A stretch of 64,000 nucleotides of DNA from Candidatus Melainabacteria bacterium 17Bon1m (GTDB lineage: Bacteria; Cyanobacteriota; Vampirovibrionia; Obscuribacterales; Obscuribacteraceae), in assembly GCA_032128875.1 (NCBI GenBank), contig JAVLKG010000002.1, positions 992,001 through 1,056,000 on the forward strand, read 5' to 3'. Positions 17,839 through 26,719 of this stretch are shown one piece after another. Made by a program: the position numbers and the translations under genes. The notes below the pieces were generated by a model. That model saw only the letters and a program-made list of their open reading frames with translations. It did not search any database and was not told the DNA's origin. How positions within the stretch are numbered: the stretch's first letter is position 1; each line of letters opens with the position of its first letter.

Positions 17839-19035
17839 ATGAGAACTGGAATTGCTGTGATTGGAGCCAACTATGGCGACGAAGGGAAGGGATTGGTTAC
17901 TGATTTCATCACCAATCAACTGGCAGCAGAATGCTCCGTCGTTAGATTCAACGGCGGAGCGCAGGCTGGGCACACTGTCGTGACGCCGGATGGAAGGAGG
18001 CATGTTTTCAGCCATATTGGCGCTGGTTCTTTTAGTGGTTGTCCCACCTACTTATCGCAGTTCTTCGTCGTCAATCCGCGACTATTCGTAAAGGAATTGG
18101 CCGATCTCACTTGTATAGGAGTACAACCACGGGTCTTGATTGATCCAAGGTGCTTTGTCACAACTCCAATCGATGTACTTGTAAATCAGGCACTTGAGCG
18201 GAAGCGTGGAACCAAACGTCATGGAAGTTGTGGCGTCGGAATCAATGAAACTGTGACCCGTTGTTTACGGTCGACTGAATTTGCAACCCAGGCCCAGGAG
18301 CTTTTAAATCCAAGTTTGTTTGAGCGCAAACTACTGCATGTTTTTCGAAACTGGCTTCCTCAGAGGCTTGTGGAGCTAAATATCGATCTGGAAGAATCAA
18401 TAATTCAAGAGGCGTTCAAACAATCTGAGTCGATAGCTTCAAGATTTATCTGTGAATGCGAATCTCTATTGAACGCATCGCAGATCACTTTTCGAATTCC
18501 GGATACTCGCTTTGTTGTGTTCGAAGGCGCTCAGGGCTTGATGCTTGATGAAAACAGGCTGGATCAATTTCCTCACGTCACTCGCTCGAAGACCGGTCTT
18601 GAGAACATAGGTTTCTTGTTCCAAAAGTATGGTCTTGAAGAAATGCAAGTCAATTACGTCTCTCGAACATACCTGACCAAGCATGGAGCCGGTCCTTTGC
18701 CAGGCGAGTGTTCATGGCGGTTTCCGGACGCGACGAACGTTGCTAACCCATACCAGGGAACTCTTCGCTACGCGCCGCTGAATATTGATAATCTGAACTA
18801 TTCAATTGATTTGGATTTGAAACGAGGAAAGTATCTGTTTCCAAATCTCTCGGCTGGCATTGCCTTCACCTGTACAGATCAGCTTGAAATGCCGGATATG
18901 CGAAGGCTACCTCTGGCGGTAAACATGGTTAGCCGCGGTCCGAAAAGAGGTGATATCGAAGTTCTAGACGGCGCGAATTATTTAAAGAGTGCTTTAAAAC
19001 CAATTTCACGAGCAAGAGCAGTCTTACGCGCATAG
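17839..19035 (+). CDS. divergent adenylosuccinate synthetase-like (PurA-fold) protein
   Basis: GANYGDEGKG, GGAQAGHT, EGAQG, FPHVTRS, YLTKHGAGP; lacks the GATTGRxRR aspartate loop; AAGGAGG RBS. Confidence 0.85.
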   Translation: MRTGIAVIGANYGDEGKGLVTDFITNQLAAECSVVRFNGGAQAGHTVVTPDGRRHVFSHIGAGSFSGCPTYLSQFFVVNPRLFVKELADLTCIGVQPRVLIDPRCFVTTPIDVLVNQALERKRGTKRHGSCGVGINETVTRCLRSTEFATQAQELLNPSLFERKLLHVFRNWLPQRLVELNIDLEESIIQEAFKQSESIASRFICECESLLNASQITFRIPDTRFVVFEGAQGLMLDENRLDQFPHVTRSKTGLENIGFLFQKYGLEEMQVNYVSRTYLTKHGAGPLPGECSWRFPDATNVANPYQGTLRYAPLNIDNLNYSIDLDLKRGKYLFPNLSAGIAFTCTDQLEMPDMRRLPLAVNMVSRGPKRGDIEVLDGANYLKSALKPISRARAVLRA

Positions 19036-20219
19036 GTATCTTCTGCTCGGTCCAAAATGGTCGTGATTACTTCAGTATAAAACTGTGGGGGTTTGCAGTT
19101 CATCCAGAGGTAGAAAGAAAATGAACCAGGAATAGTATTGATTTCATTGAAATAGAGCACGTTGGTTCTCTTGTCCAGCATGAAATCGATTCTGGAAACA
19201 CCCGAACAATTGAGGACTTTGAAGGCTTTGACCGCATACTCACGAGCACGCTCTTTAAGCTCTTCCGGAAGGTCCGGCGGGTCTATAACGCGCGTCAATG
19301 AAGCCATACCGGCAACAGAATTGTCGCCTTTCTTGCTGCCGCCCCTCAAATATTTGTCTTCGTAAGTAAGTTCATCTCCTGAGGACGAGACAGGAATTTC
19401 GACTACCGATGCTTTTGGTTCTCCATCGTCAAGGACTGAGACATTCATTTCCATCTTGTCGTCCAAGCACGGCTCGACAATTGCACCGACGTCGTATTTC
19501 AACGCCAGGACAATTGCCGAGTTGAATTCTTCAATGTTGCGAACCTTCGCCACGCCGATGCTAGAGCCTAGGTTCAGCGGTTTTACGAATAGGGGAAAAT
19601 TTTCCAAACCTGGATGTTGCAATACCTGATCGCGCAGGAAGTCGAGGTGATTGCCATAGTCAGCTTCAATCGACTCTCGTTTTACAACCACTCCGGGTAG
19701 AACTGGAATACCATGGCTTTCAACCAATTTTTTCGCATGGTACTTACTCATCCCCAATGCTGAAGCGAGTACATTGCAGCCGGTGTACGGGACATCAGCC
19801 AGCTCCAAAAGCCCCTGTATGCAACCATCTTCGCCGTAGGTGCCGTGGAAAGCAGGCAAGAAAATATCCACGTGAATAACGGATTCGGATGTTTTGCTAA
19901 GCATCGAATACGGTGCCTTGCCCGAAGATTTTGGACGCCGGATGGTTAGACCCTTAATATTTGGCTCTGGCAAAAGCGTCACTTCATCAACGCTTCCGAG
20001 TGATCCAGGCATGCGTCGGTAAAAACTTTTGTCGTACAAAGCATCACCGCTGTACCACTTGCCTTGTGGAGAAATATAAACAGGGATCGGTTTGTACTTC
20101 ACCGTGTCCATCGCTTTGATAAGCTGCAAGCCGGTGATAATCGAGATCTCGTGCTCAACTGAGCGCCCACCAAAGAGCACCGCCACTGCTTTTCTTTTCT
20201 TGTCACCGTTGGTGTTCAT
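18978..20219 (-). CDS. ddl: D-alanine--D-alanine ligase
   Basis: FGGRSVEHEIS, HGTYGEDGCIQG, VKPLNLGSSIG, YEDKY, NEINTIPG. Confidence 0.93.
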   Translation of the reverse strand: MNTNGDKKRKAVAVLFGGRSVEHEISIITGLQLIKAMDTVKYKPIPVYISPQGKWYSGDALYDKSFYRRMPGSLGSVDEVTLLPEPNIKGLTIRRPKSSGKAPYSMLSKTSESVIHVDIFLPAFHGTYGEDGCIQGLLELADVPYTGCNVLASALGMSKYHAKKLVESHGIPVLPGVVVKRESIEADYGNHLDFLRDQVLQHPGLENFPLFVKPLNLGSSIGVAKVRNIEEFNSAIVLALKYDVGAIVEPCLDDKMEMNVSVLDDGEPKASVVEIPVSSSGDELTYEDKYLRGGSKKGDNSVAGMASLTRVIDPPDLPEELKERAREYAVKAFKVLNCSGVSRIDFMLDKRTNVLYFNEINTIPGSFSFYLWMNCKPPQFYTEVITTILDRAEDTYARKTALAREIGFKALFK

Positions 20220-20233
20220 GCAGGCAGAGCTTC

Positions 20234-21946
20234 CTAAAATACCGGGACAGTTTCATAAAGGTCGGGCAGGTCGTTTTCAATCAAGACCGTATCGCCGTCC
20301 TGGCAATAATCGTGACCAAGGAAGCTGAATGCTTCCGACATTTTGTCGAATTCTTTGATTTTTTCCGCAGGCATCCCGCCTTGTGAAAGCCCATCCATGA
20401 GTGCTTGCCGGTTTGTTGTTCCGACAATTGCAACCATGTCACAGATGCTGGCCGCTATTTGTGCGGCTTTCTTGTTCTCTTCAAACTGTTTTTCGCCAAG
20501 CTCAACCATGCCTGGCGTCACCAGTACGCGCCGACCGTCTTTCTGCTCGGAGAGAACTTCAAGTGCAGCGGCAAATCCCACCGGATTGGAATTGTAAGCA
20601 TCGTTCAGACGCAGTACCCGTCCCTGTCGAATCGGCTTACTGCTGCTGCCGGCCGCAACGAATGATGCAGGGGTTGTTTTAACCGGCTCCAGTCGATTGC
20701 TTTCCGTTTTTACATGACGAATGGCTGCAATCACTAGCTGTGGATTCATTCCCAGCGAAACAGCCATTGTGAATGACGCCAGAATATTTCCTAGCATCGG
20801 CTTGCCCAGCAGCTTAGTGAAACCTTGATATGTCTGCCCTTCGTAATCGATGGAGAAGTAGGTCCCGTCCGCCGTCGCTTGTATGTTGTGCATGTAGGCA
20901 TCGAGGTGACCGTTGCTATTGTCCAACCCGTACAGTTTTGTGATGCGCTTGGGGTTTTCTTTTGCAACGCGGCGGCAATACTCACTGTCTCCGTTCACGA
21001 CTAAGATGCCGTCCGAAGGAACTGCCTGCGCTAGCTCAGACTTCGCCTTAAAGACGTTTTCGTGAGAGCCGAATCTTTCCAGGTGCATTCCGCCAATTGC
21101 CGTAATAATAGCGGCGTCGGGCGGCGTCAGAGTGCACATACGTTTTATCGAACCGATGTAATAGGCTCCCATTTCAACAACCGCAAACCGATGGCCGGGA
21201 CGCATGCGCTCGCGAATTTCGCGTGTCATGCCCATATAGCTGTTGATGCTGCGAGGAGTGCTGAATGTTGCTCCCACGGTTGAAAGAATATCGGCAAGGA
21301 TAACTTTCGTGCTTGTTTTTCCGTAGCTGCCTGTGATTCCAATGATTTTAGGCTTTACAGATTTGACGATGCTGCGCGCTTCATTCGCGAAATTCTCTTG
21401 CAGATCCTTCTCTTTGCCGGAAAGGATTTGATTTGCCAAAACAAGGAATAGAGGCTGTGCCTGAATAAGTACGATAGACGCAAAAAGGAAAATCGGGACA
21501 ATATTCTTGCCGCCGGCAAACCATACAATTAATGCCAGTAAGATCGTCGTCGCTATGTAAAGCCACATAGCAAGCCGGAAGATGCGTTTCGCCCGCTCCG
21601 TCATTTTGAGCGTGATTTTTCCGGTTCCGGTCGGATCTTCTTCTTGTTTTGCCAGACGAAACATCGCCATACACGCAAAAACACTAGTTAAAAACGACCC
21701 TCTATCATCAACAGAAAGATAGAATGCCGAAAGCGCACCGCAGAAAAGCGTTGTCAGTGAGCCCTTCTTATCGAACGCGCGCTTTTCAATAATCCAGTCG
21801 ATGAAGCGTTTTCCTTCATATTCTTGCTGTTGGAAATATTGAAGATAGCGCATCCCACGCTTTTCGAAAAATCCGATTGTGCCCAGTCCGGCAAGAGCGA
21901 GACCAACCATTACTGATTCGGGAGAGGCCGAGAATTCTTCAAACAT
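20234..21946 (-). CDS. murF: UDP-N-acetylmuramoyl-tripeptide--D-Ala-D-Ala ligase with an N-terminal membrane extension
   Basis: GITGSYGKTSTK, VEMGA, HLERFGS, NDAYNSNP, PGMVELG, ENDLPD. Confidence 0.9.
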   Translation of the reverse strand: MFEEFSASPESVMVGLALAGLGTIGFFEKRGMRYLQYFQQQEYEGKRFIDWIIEKRAFDKKGSLTTLFCGALSAFYLSVDDRGSFLTSVFACMAMFRLAKQEEDPTGTGKITLKMTERAKRIFRLAMWLYIATTILLALIVWFAGGKNIVPIFLFASIVLIQAQPLFLVLANQILSGKEKDLQENFANEARSIVKSVKPKIIGITGSYGKTSTKVILADILSTVGATFSTPRSINSYMGMTREIRERMRPGHRFAVVEMGAYYIGSIKRMCTLTPPDAAIITAIGGMHLERFGSHENVFKAKSELAQAVPSDGILVVNGDSEYCRRVAKENPKRITKLYGLDNSNGHLDAYMHNIQATADGTYFSIDYEGQTYQGFTKLLGKPMLGNILASFTMAVSLGMNPQLVIAAIRHVKTESNRLEPVKTTPASFVAAGSSSKPIRQGRVLRLNDAYNSNPVGFAAALEVLSEQKDGRRVLVTPGMVELGEKQFEENKKAAQIAASICDMVAIVGTTNRQALMDGLSQGGMPAEKIKEFDKMSEAFSFLGHDYCQDGDTVLIENDLPDLYETVPVF

Positions 21947-22733
21947 TTGCCAGGTCTCCTTGCCTAATCGCTAAGGATTCTGTGCTCTGAGAGTTGAGAA
22001 ATTCAAGGATGTAGAAAGCGCAAAGATGCGCACCTTCATCTATGAAAGGGAAGTGATCTTTATCAGGTAAAACCACAAGCTGAGAATTAGGAATAATGGA
22101 CTTCAAGCGATAGCCCATTTCGACAGGTGTTTCTTCGTCCTTTTCGCCCCACAAAAGAAACGTAGGACAGGTGATCTGCGCGGCATCCTGACTTTGATCT
22201 TCGTTGACCGTTTTTACGAGTATATTCTTCAAGGCGCCGGCGTTTCGATAATCACGCGATGCATATTTCGCAACGAACCAGGTCTCGAAATACTTGGTCC
22301 CAAAAGTCGAATCACACCACTTAAGAGTGTTAGAAAGAAGTTTCAGACCCTTGGCGCGATAAAGACGCTTGCCTTTGAGTTGAGAGCGCAGACCGCCCGT
22401 ATTGATCAGGATGAGGGTATTCACTCGTTTTTTGTGCCGAACTGCCATGCGCATTGCGACGCGACCACCGAATGAGTGACCGATGACAATAGCGCTTTCC
22501 AAGCCTAGTTTTTCAAAAAGCTCGTCTATGCAGCGCGCATAATCTACTGTATCCCAGTCGTCTTTCGGCTTCTCTGACTTGCCAAAGCCAGGAAAATCGA
22601 CCAGGTAGACTTGATGGTAGCGCGAGAGCAGATCGCCCAGAATACGCATAGAATCGAGCGTCTGTCCCCACCCGTGCAACATTACCACAGGACTGCCGTG
22701 TTGCCCGAGTTTGACGTAGTTTACTTCTGCCAC
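21939..22733 (-). CDS. alpha/beta-fold hydrolase
   Basis: LHGWG, DFPGFG, GHSFGG nucleophile elbow, WGEKD, catalytic His in DHFP. Confidence 0.9.
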   Translation of the reverse strand: MAEVNYVKLGQHGSPVVMLHGWGQTLDSMRILGDLLSRYHQVYLVDFPGFGKSEKPKDDWDTVDYARCIDELFEKLGLESAIVIGHSFGGRVAMRMAVRHKKRVNTLILINTGGLRSQLKGKRLYRAKGLKLLSNTLKWCDSTFGTKYFETWFVAKYASRDYRNAGALKNILVKTVNEDQSQDAAQITCPTFLLWGEKDEETPVEMGYRLKSIIPNSQLVVLPDKDHFPFIDEGAHLCAFYILEFLNSQSTESLAIRQGDLANV

Positions 22734-22837
22734 TTGACTCTATCCATTAATTGACCATGGGCTGCATTTATAGTAACCCGGCTGTCTTGTTACTCCGTTT
22801 AAAAACAAGTAAAACAGCCACTTTTGCGTGTTTTACT

Positions 22838-23764
22838 TCACGGACTCCATACCGCCTTTTCTTCTGCAGTGAAGTCTCCCAGCGTTTTCCACTCAGGATT
22901 AAGTCTCACTCCAAATTTTTCCATCACTCTATCTTGCATCTTGTGAAGCAAGGTCGTTACTTGATCTGAAGTCGCGCCGCCCAGATTGATAACGAAATTA
23001 GCATGCAGAGCGGAAACTGCCGCTTGACCCTCTTTCAGTTCCTTGGCGCCGGATTGGTCTAATAACATCCCGGCTGCGCGGGTAGGTTCCGGATTTTTGA
23101 AAGTGCTGCCGGCATTGGGAAAGCCAATGGGCTGCGTGCGCAGACGGTATTCTTCGTTGTGTCTTATGCGCACTTCAATCTCTTCAGGGCGATCGGTATT
23201 CAATCGCAATTTTGCTGACAAAACCGCATGCTTTGCTGGATCGAGGGCGCATCGTCGGTATTGAAAACCGAGTTCGTCCTTTTTCAGTGTGACAACTTTA
23301 TTGATTGTCGAATCATAGACAGAGATTTCTTCTACTATTTCCGACATCGAGCTTCCGTGTGCTCCGGCATTCATGATAACGCCGCCGCCTACCGTACCTG
23401 GAATTCCAGCGGCAAATTCCAAACCACAAAGACCCCATTGAGCAGCGTGTCTTGCCAAATGCGGCAGCCGTGAGCCGGCGCCAGCTTCAATTAAATTGCT
23501 TTCCAGTCGTTCCACTGCTGTTATTTGAGTGGTTCTAATTACGGTGCCGGAAAAGCCTTTCGATGATATGAGCAGATTGGAGCCGCCGCCCAAAACGAAC
23601 CATTCTTCGTTGTTCTTAGCTAATTCGTCGACTATCGACGCCAGTTCTGCAACTGTCGACGGTTGAATCAGACGTTTTGCCTCGCCGCCAATCTTGAGCG
23701 TTGTGTATCGAGCGAGTGGCGCGTCAAATTGGTCTTCTTTTATCCCTGGCTTTTTTTCAAGCAT
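22838..23764 (-). CDS. murB: UDP-N-acetylenolpyruvoylglucosamine reductase
   Basis: LGGGSNLL, GIPGTVGG..MNAGAHG, NAGSTFKNP, HANF. Confidence 0.96.
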   Translation of the reverse strand: MLEKKPGIKEDQFDAPLARYTTLKIGGEAKRLIQPSTVAELASIVDELAKNNEEWFVLGGGSNLLISSKGFSGTVIRTTQITAVERLESNLIEAGAGSRLPHLARHAAQWGLCGLEFAAGIPGTVGGGVIMNAGAHGSSMSEIVEEISVYDSTINKVVTLKKDELGFQYRRCALDPAKHAVLSAKLRLNTDRPEEIEVRIRHNEEYRLRTQPIGFPNAGSTFKNPEPTRAAGMLLDQSGAKELKEGQAAVSALHANFVINLGGATSDQVTTLLHKMQDRVMEKFGVRLNPEWKTLGDFTAEEKAVWSP

Positions 23765-25239
23765 TTGATGAGCTCGCTGCCAACATCAGTAATATCACCG
23801 GCGCCAATGGTCAAAACCAGATCGTTTGGCTGGAGATGACCGGCAATTTTTTCAGGCAATTCCGCCGTTTTTCCTGCCAGATGTTTTGCATTGGCATGCT
23901 TCATTTCGCTGACGAAACGCTCTGAGGTTATGCCGTCAATGTTGCCGCCGCGTGCAACATAGATGTCTGTGATGAGGACAAGATCGGCACCATCGAATGA
24001 CTTGAGAAACTCATTCCAAAGATCGCGCAAGCGCCCAGGCTGGTGAGGTTGGAAAACAGCAACCACGCGCGATTTTTTGCCGTTGGTGTTTTTAGCGATC
24101 AGGTATTGTTGAGCCGCTTGCAGTGTGGCGACAACTTCTGTCGGGTGGTGTGCGTAATCGTCGACGATAAGGGTGCCATCAACATCACCTTTGATCTGAA
24201 AACGGCGTGCGACACCACCAAATGTTTCCATAGAGCGCGCGGCAGTTTCAAACGGAATACCAAGCTCCATGCCGGAAACTATTGCGGCAAGAGCGTTCTG
24301 CTTGTTGTGCTCGCCTGGAACTTTGAGTGTCAGTTCTCCAAGCATCTTGTCTTTTTTGTACACTTTCATGCCGAAGCCGTTTAATGATTCATAGCGATAA
24401 TCAGCTTCAGGAGCCAAATCTACGCGTCCGTAAGTAACTGTCGGTTTCGTAATCCGCTTGAGCAGCTTCTTGCAGCCTGCATCATCAATGCAAACAATAA
24501 CTTTGTTATCGCAATGGGCTGCAAATTCGAGCATGGCGTCTTCGATTTGCGCCATTCCGCCCGGGTAATTCTCCAAATGGTCTGGCTCTATATTTGTAAT
24601 TACAGCCAGGTGAGACGGCAATTTCGAATGTGTACCATCGGACTCGTCAGCTTCCGCTACAAAGTAGCCGCCCTGTCCATATCGTGCATTGCTGCCGATT
24701 CTCTCGAAAATCCCGCCGACTACGACGGATGGGTCTAGCCCTCCATCGATGAGTACTTGAGAAACCATGCCTGTTGTGGTGGTCTTGCCGTGTGTGCCGG
24801 TGATTGCCACCATTTTGGATTTGGAGCCCAAAGCAGCCAGCATTTGCGAACGGTGAAAAACAGGAAGATTTTTGGCGCGTGCGGCGGCCAGTTCGGGATT
24901 TTCATTGACGATTGCTGTCGAGATAACAAGACTGCCCGCATCGACAACGTTTTCAGCGACATGCCCGATGAATATCTTCGCTCCCAACTCGGCTAATTCG
25001 TTTGTGATTTCGCCCGCTTGTTTGTCTGAGCCTGATACAGCTTTGCCTTCGCGCAGGAGCAAACGCGCTAACGCCGACATACCGATGCCGCCGATGCCTA
25101 TGAAGTGCACCGGTTCGGCCAGATTGTCGAGCTTGATATCGGTTGTTTGCAATGCTGCCTGCTTGTTGCCGCCCAATTGGGAAAATGTACCGTCTATTTC
25201 CAATGTATGTTCAAAACCGCCTGTGATATTACTGCTCAT
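23740..25239 (-). CDS. murC: UDP-N-acetylmuramate--L-alanine ligase
   Basis: HFIGIGGIGMSALA, GTHGKTTTT, EADESD, DDYAHHPTE, GAGDI. Confidence 0.96.
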   Translation of the reverse strand: MSSNITGGFEHTLEIDGTFSQLGGNKQAALQTTDIKLDNLAEPVHFIGIGGIGMSALARLLLREGKAVSGSDKQAGEITNELAELGAKIFIGHVAENVVDAGSLVISTAIVNENPELAAARAKNLPVFHRSQMLAALGSKSKMVAITGTHGKTTTTGMVSQVLIDGGLDPSVVVGGIFERIGSNARYGQGGYFVAEADESDGTHSKLPSHLAVITNIEPDHLENYPGGMAQIEDAMLEFAAHCDNKVIVCIDDAGCKKLLKRITKPTVTYGRVDLAPEADYRYESLNGFGMKVYKKDKMLGELTLKVPGEHNKQNALAAIVSGMELGIPFETAARSMETFGGVARRFQIKGDVDGTLIVDDYAHHPTEVVATLQAAQQYLIAKNTNGKKSRVVAVFQPHQPGRLRDLWNEFLKSFDGADLVLITDIYVARGGNIDGITSERFVSEMKHANAKHLAGKTAELPEKIAGHLQPNDLVLTIGAGDITDVGSELIKCLKKSQG

Positions 25240-25463
25240 AGACTCCTTCTACATATGTATTGGAAATTCATTGAACTACAAGAACCAAACTACGTCCCGC
25301 TTTCAGCCGATTTCCACAATCAATATTACCGGAAAAGCCGCTCCGCTCAATGTTTTTTGAGGCGAAAGTTGGCGGCTAAATTCGGCTGGAGCGAATTTTA
25401 AATAAGTGCCAAAAAGCCGACGCCGTTTGGCGCCGACCTATAGAGCATTTGATTGTCTTTCGA

Positions 25464-25733
25464 CTACTTGGCTGAAATCGCCAGAACTTTGCCGGCCAGA
25501 CGAGATTTTCTTCTGGCTGCTGCGTTCTTATGCAAAACTCCCTTTGCCACTGCTTTATCGATTACTTCGTAAGCATGGCTGAGAGCTTCTTTGGCGTCTT
25601 TTGCACTGGCCGATTTGACTGCATCTGCAACGTCGTTGCGGACGGTGCGGACGGCGGATTTCCATGTTCTGTTGCGAAGGCGGTTGCGCTCGGCAACGAG
25701 TACACGTTTTTTAGCTGACTTGATATTAGGCAC
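25464..25733 (-). CDS. rpsT: 30S ribosomal protein S20
   Basis: MPNIKSAKKR...KGVLHKNAAARRKSRL. Confidence 0.97.
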   Translation of the reverse strand: MPNIKSAKKRVLVAERNRLRNRTWKSAVRTVRNDVADAVKSASAKDAKEALSHAYEVIDKAVAKGVLHKNAAARRKSRLAGKVLAISAK

Positions 25734-25915
25734 GGCTTAGAATCCTGACCTGTTGTACGTTTCGAGTTCGGTATTCTAACACATGTCCTTCGGATAACGG
25801 GTCAGCCAGGGTTTGCGCCGTAAATGGATGCTTACAAAAGTTCAGGTGCTTTTCTTAGTTTGATCTCAAACTTCGCTCCACTTTGCTTGCGCCTGTATAA
25901 GCCCTGAAAAACAAG

Positions 25916-25942
25916 ACGGGCGCGCTCTTTAGGCGTGCCCGT
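25916..25942 (-). terminator. intrinsic terminator
   Basis: ACGGGCGCGC/GCGTGCCCGT stem followed by CTTGTTTTT on the minus strand. Confidence 0.6.
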
Positions 25943-25971
25943 AAAACTCAAACAGCAGACTCAACCGGCTC

Positions 25972-26442
25972 TTAGAAATTGTTGGGATCGATGGTCGGAC
26001 CCTGTTGTTTCTTCGGATCCGGTCCGCTGGTCTGCGATCCGCCCTTGTTTTTGACAGAATTTTCACCAGGCGGTCCGGTCAGGGTCAAAATACCTGCCAT
26101 CAATTTGCCGTATCCACCTTTGTCTGCCTGGCTTTGAGCCCAGTCGACCGCGGCTTGAGCTCCATCTTTGCAATACTGCTCTACGTTGGGACCGGCGAGG
26201 GTAGCTCGGTGCGCCGTGATGTTTTCGCAATTTTTTGACTTAGAAAAATCATCCAGTACTTGATCGGCAGTCTTAAATTTATTGTCACCAACTTTCTTGA
26301 CTTCTTTCTTGTCGATTACTTCTTTCTTGTCTTGCTTCTCTTTGTTTTTGCTTTCGTAGGCTTCGCGATGCATTTGCGCGGAGCCGTCATTATTCTTATC
26401 TCCGCCGCCTTTTGGTACTTCTCTGCCTACATCTCTGCTCAT
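25972..26442 (-). CDS. hypothetical hydrophilic protein (~156 aa)
   Basis: ATG (MSRDVGREV) preceded by an AGGAG RBS; followed by a terminator. Confidence 0.6.
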   Translation of the reverse strand: MSRDVGREVPKGGGDKNNDGSAQMHREAYESKNKEKQDKKEVIDKKEVKKVGDNKFKTADQVLDDFSKSKNCENITAHRATLAGPNVEQYCKDGAQAAVDWAQSQADKGGYGKLMAGILTLTGPPGENSVKNKGGSQTSGPDPKKQQGPTIDPNNF

Positions 26443-26719
26443 AAAAGCTCCTGCCCTCAAACTGCCATGGGGTGTCTTTCGCGCTATTTTACGGGATTTA
26501 GTAACTGCCGCTCTAATTCGTCTTCTTCTTCGCAGAAGGAGGAGGGCCTGATACCTCAATTTCATAATTACCCTGTCACTCTCATCGAGTCAATGCGGTA
26601 ATTACGTAGTCACAGTGATTTCTCACTAAAAATAATACAGTGGTTGAGGGCAAACGTGTTTTTCTCGGAATCCCCGAACCACTCGTATATTGCAAGTTCC
26701 AATTCGTAAGGCAGAAGTC

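Noticed and set aside
17839-19035. PurZ (diaminopurine/Z-genome synthesis)
   Set aside because: PurZ has Ser in place of the catalytic Asp (GSTGKG) and keeps an aspartate-binding loop. This protein has GDEGKG and lacks the loop, and no dATPase, MazZ or phage genes are nearby.
17839-19035. Housekeeping purA gene symbol
   Set aside because: The aspartate-binding GATTGRxRR, GTT and TKLD motifs are absent or altered, so the symbol was withheld.
14255-19035. Genomic island or prophage integrated at tRNA-Arg
   Set aside because: No integrase, and I found no duplicated tRNA 3' end (att site) in the window.
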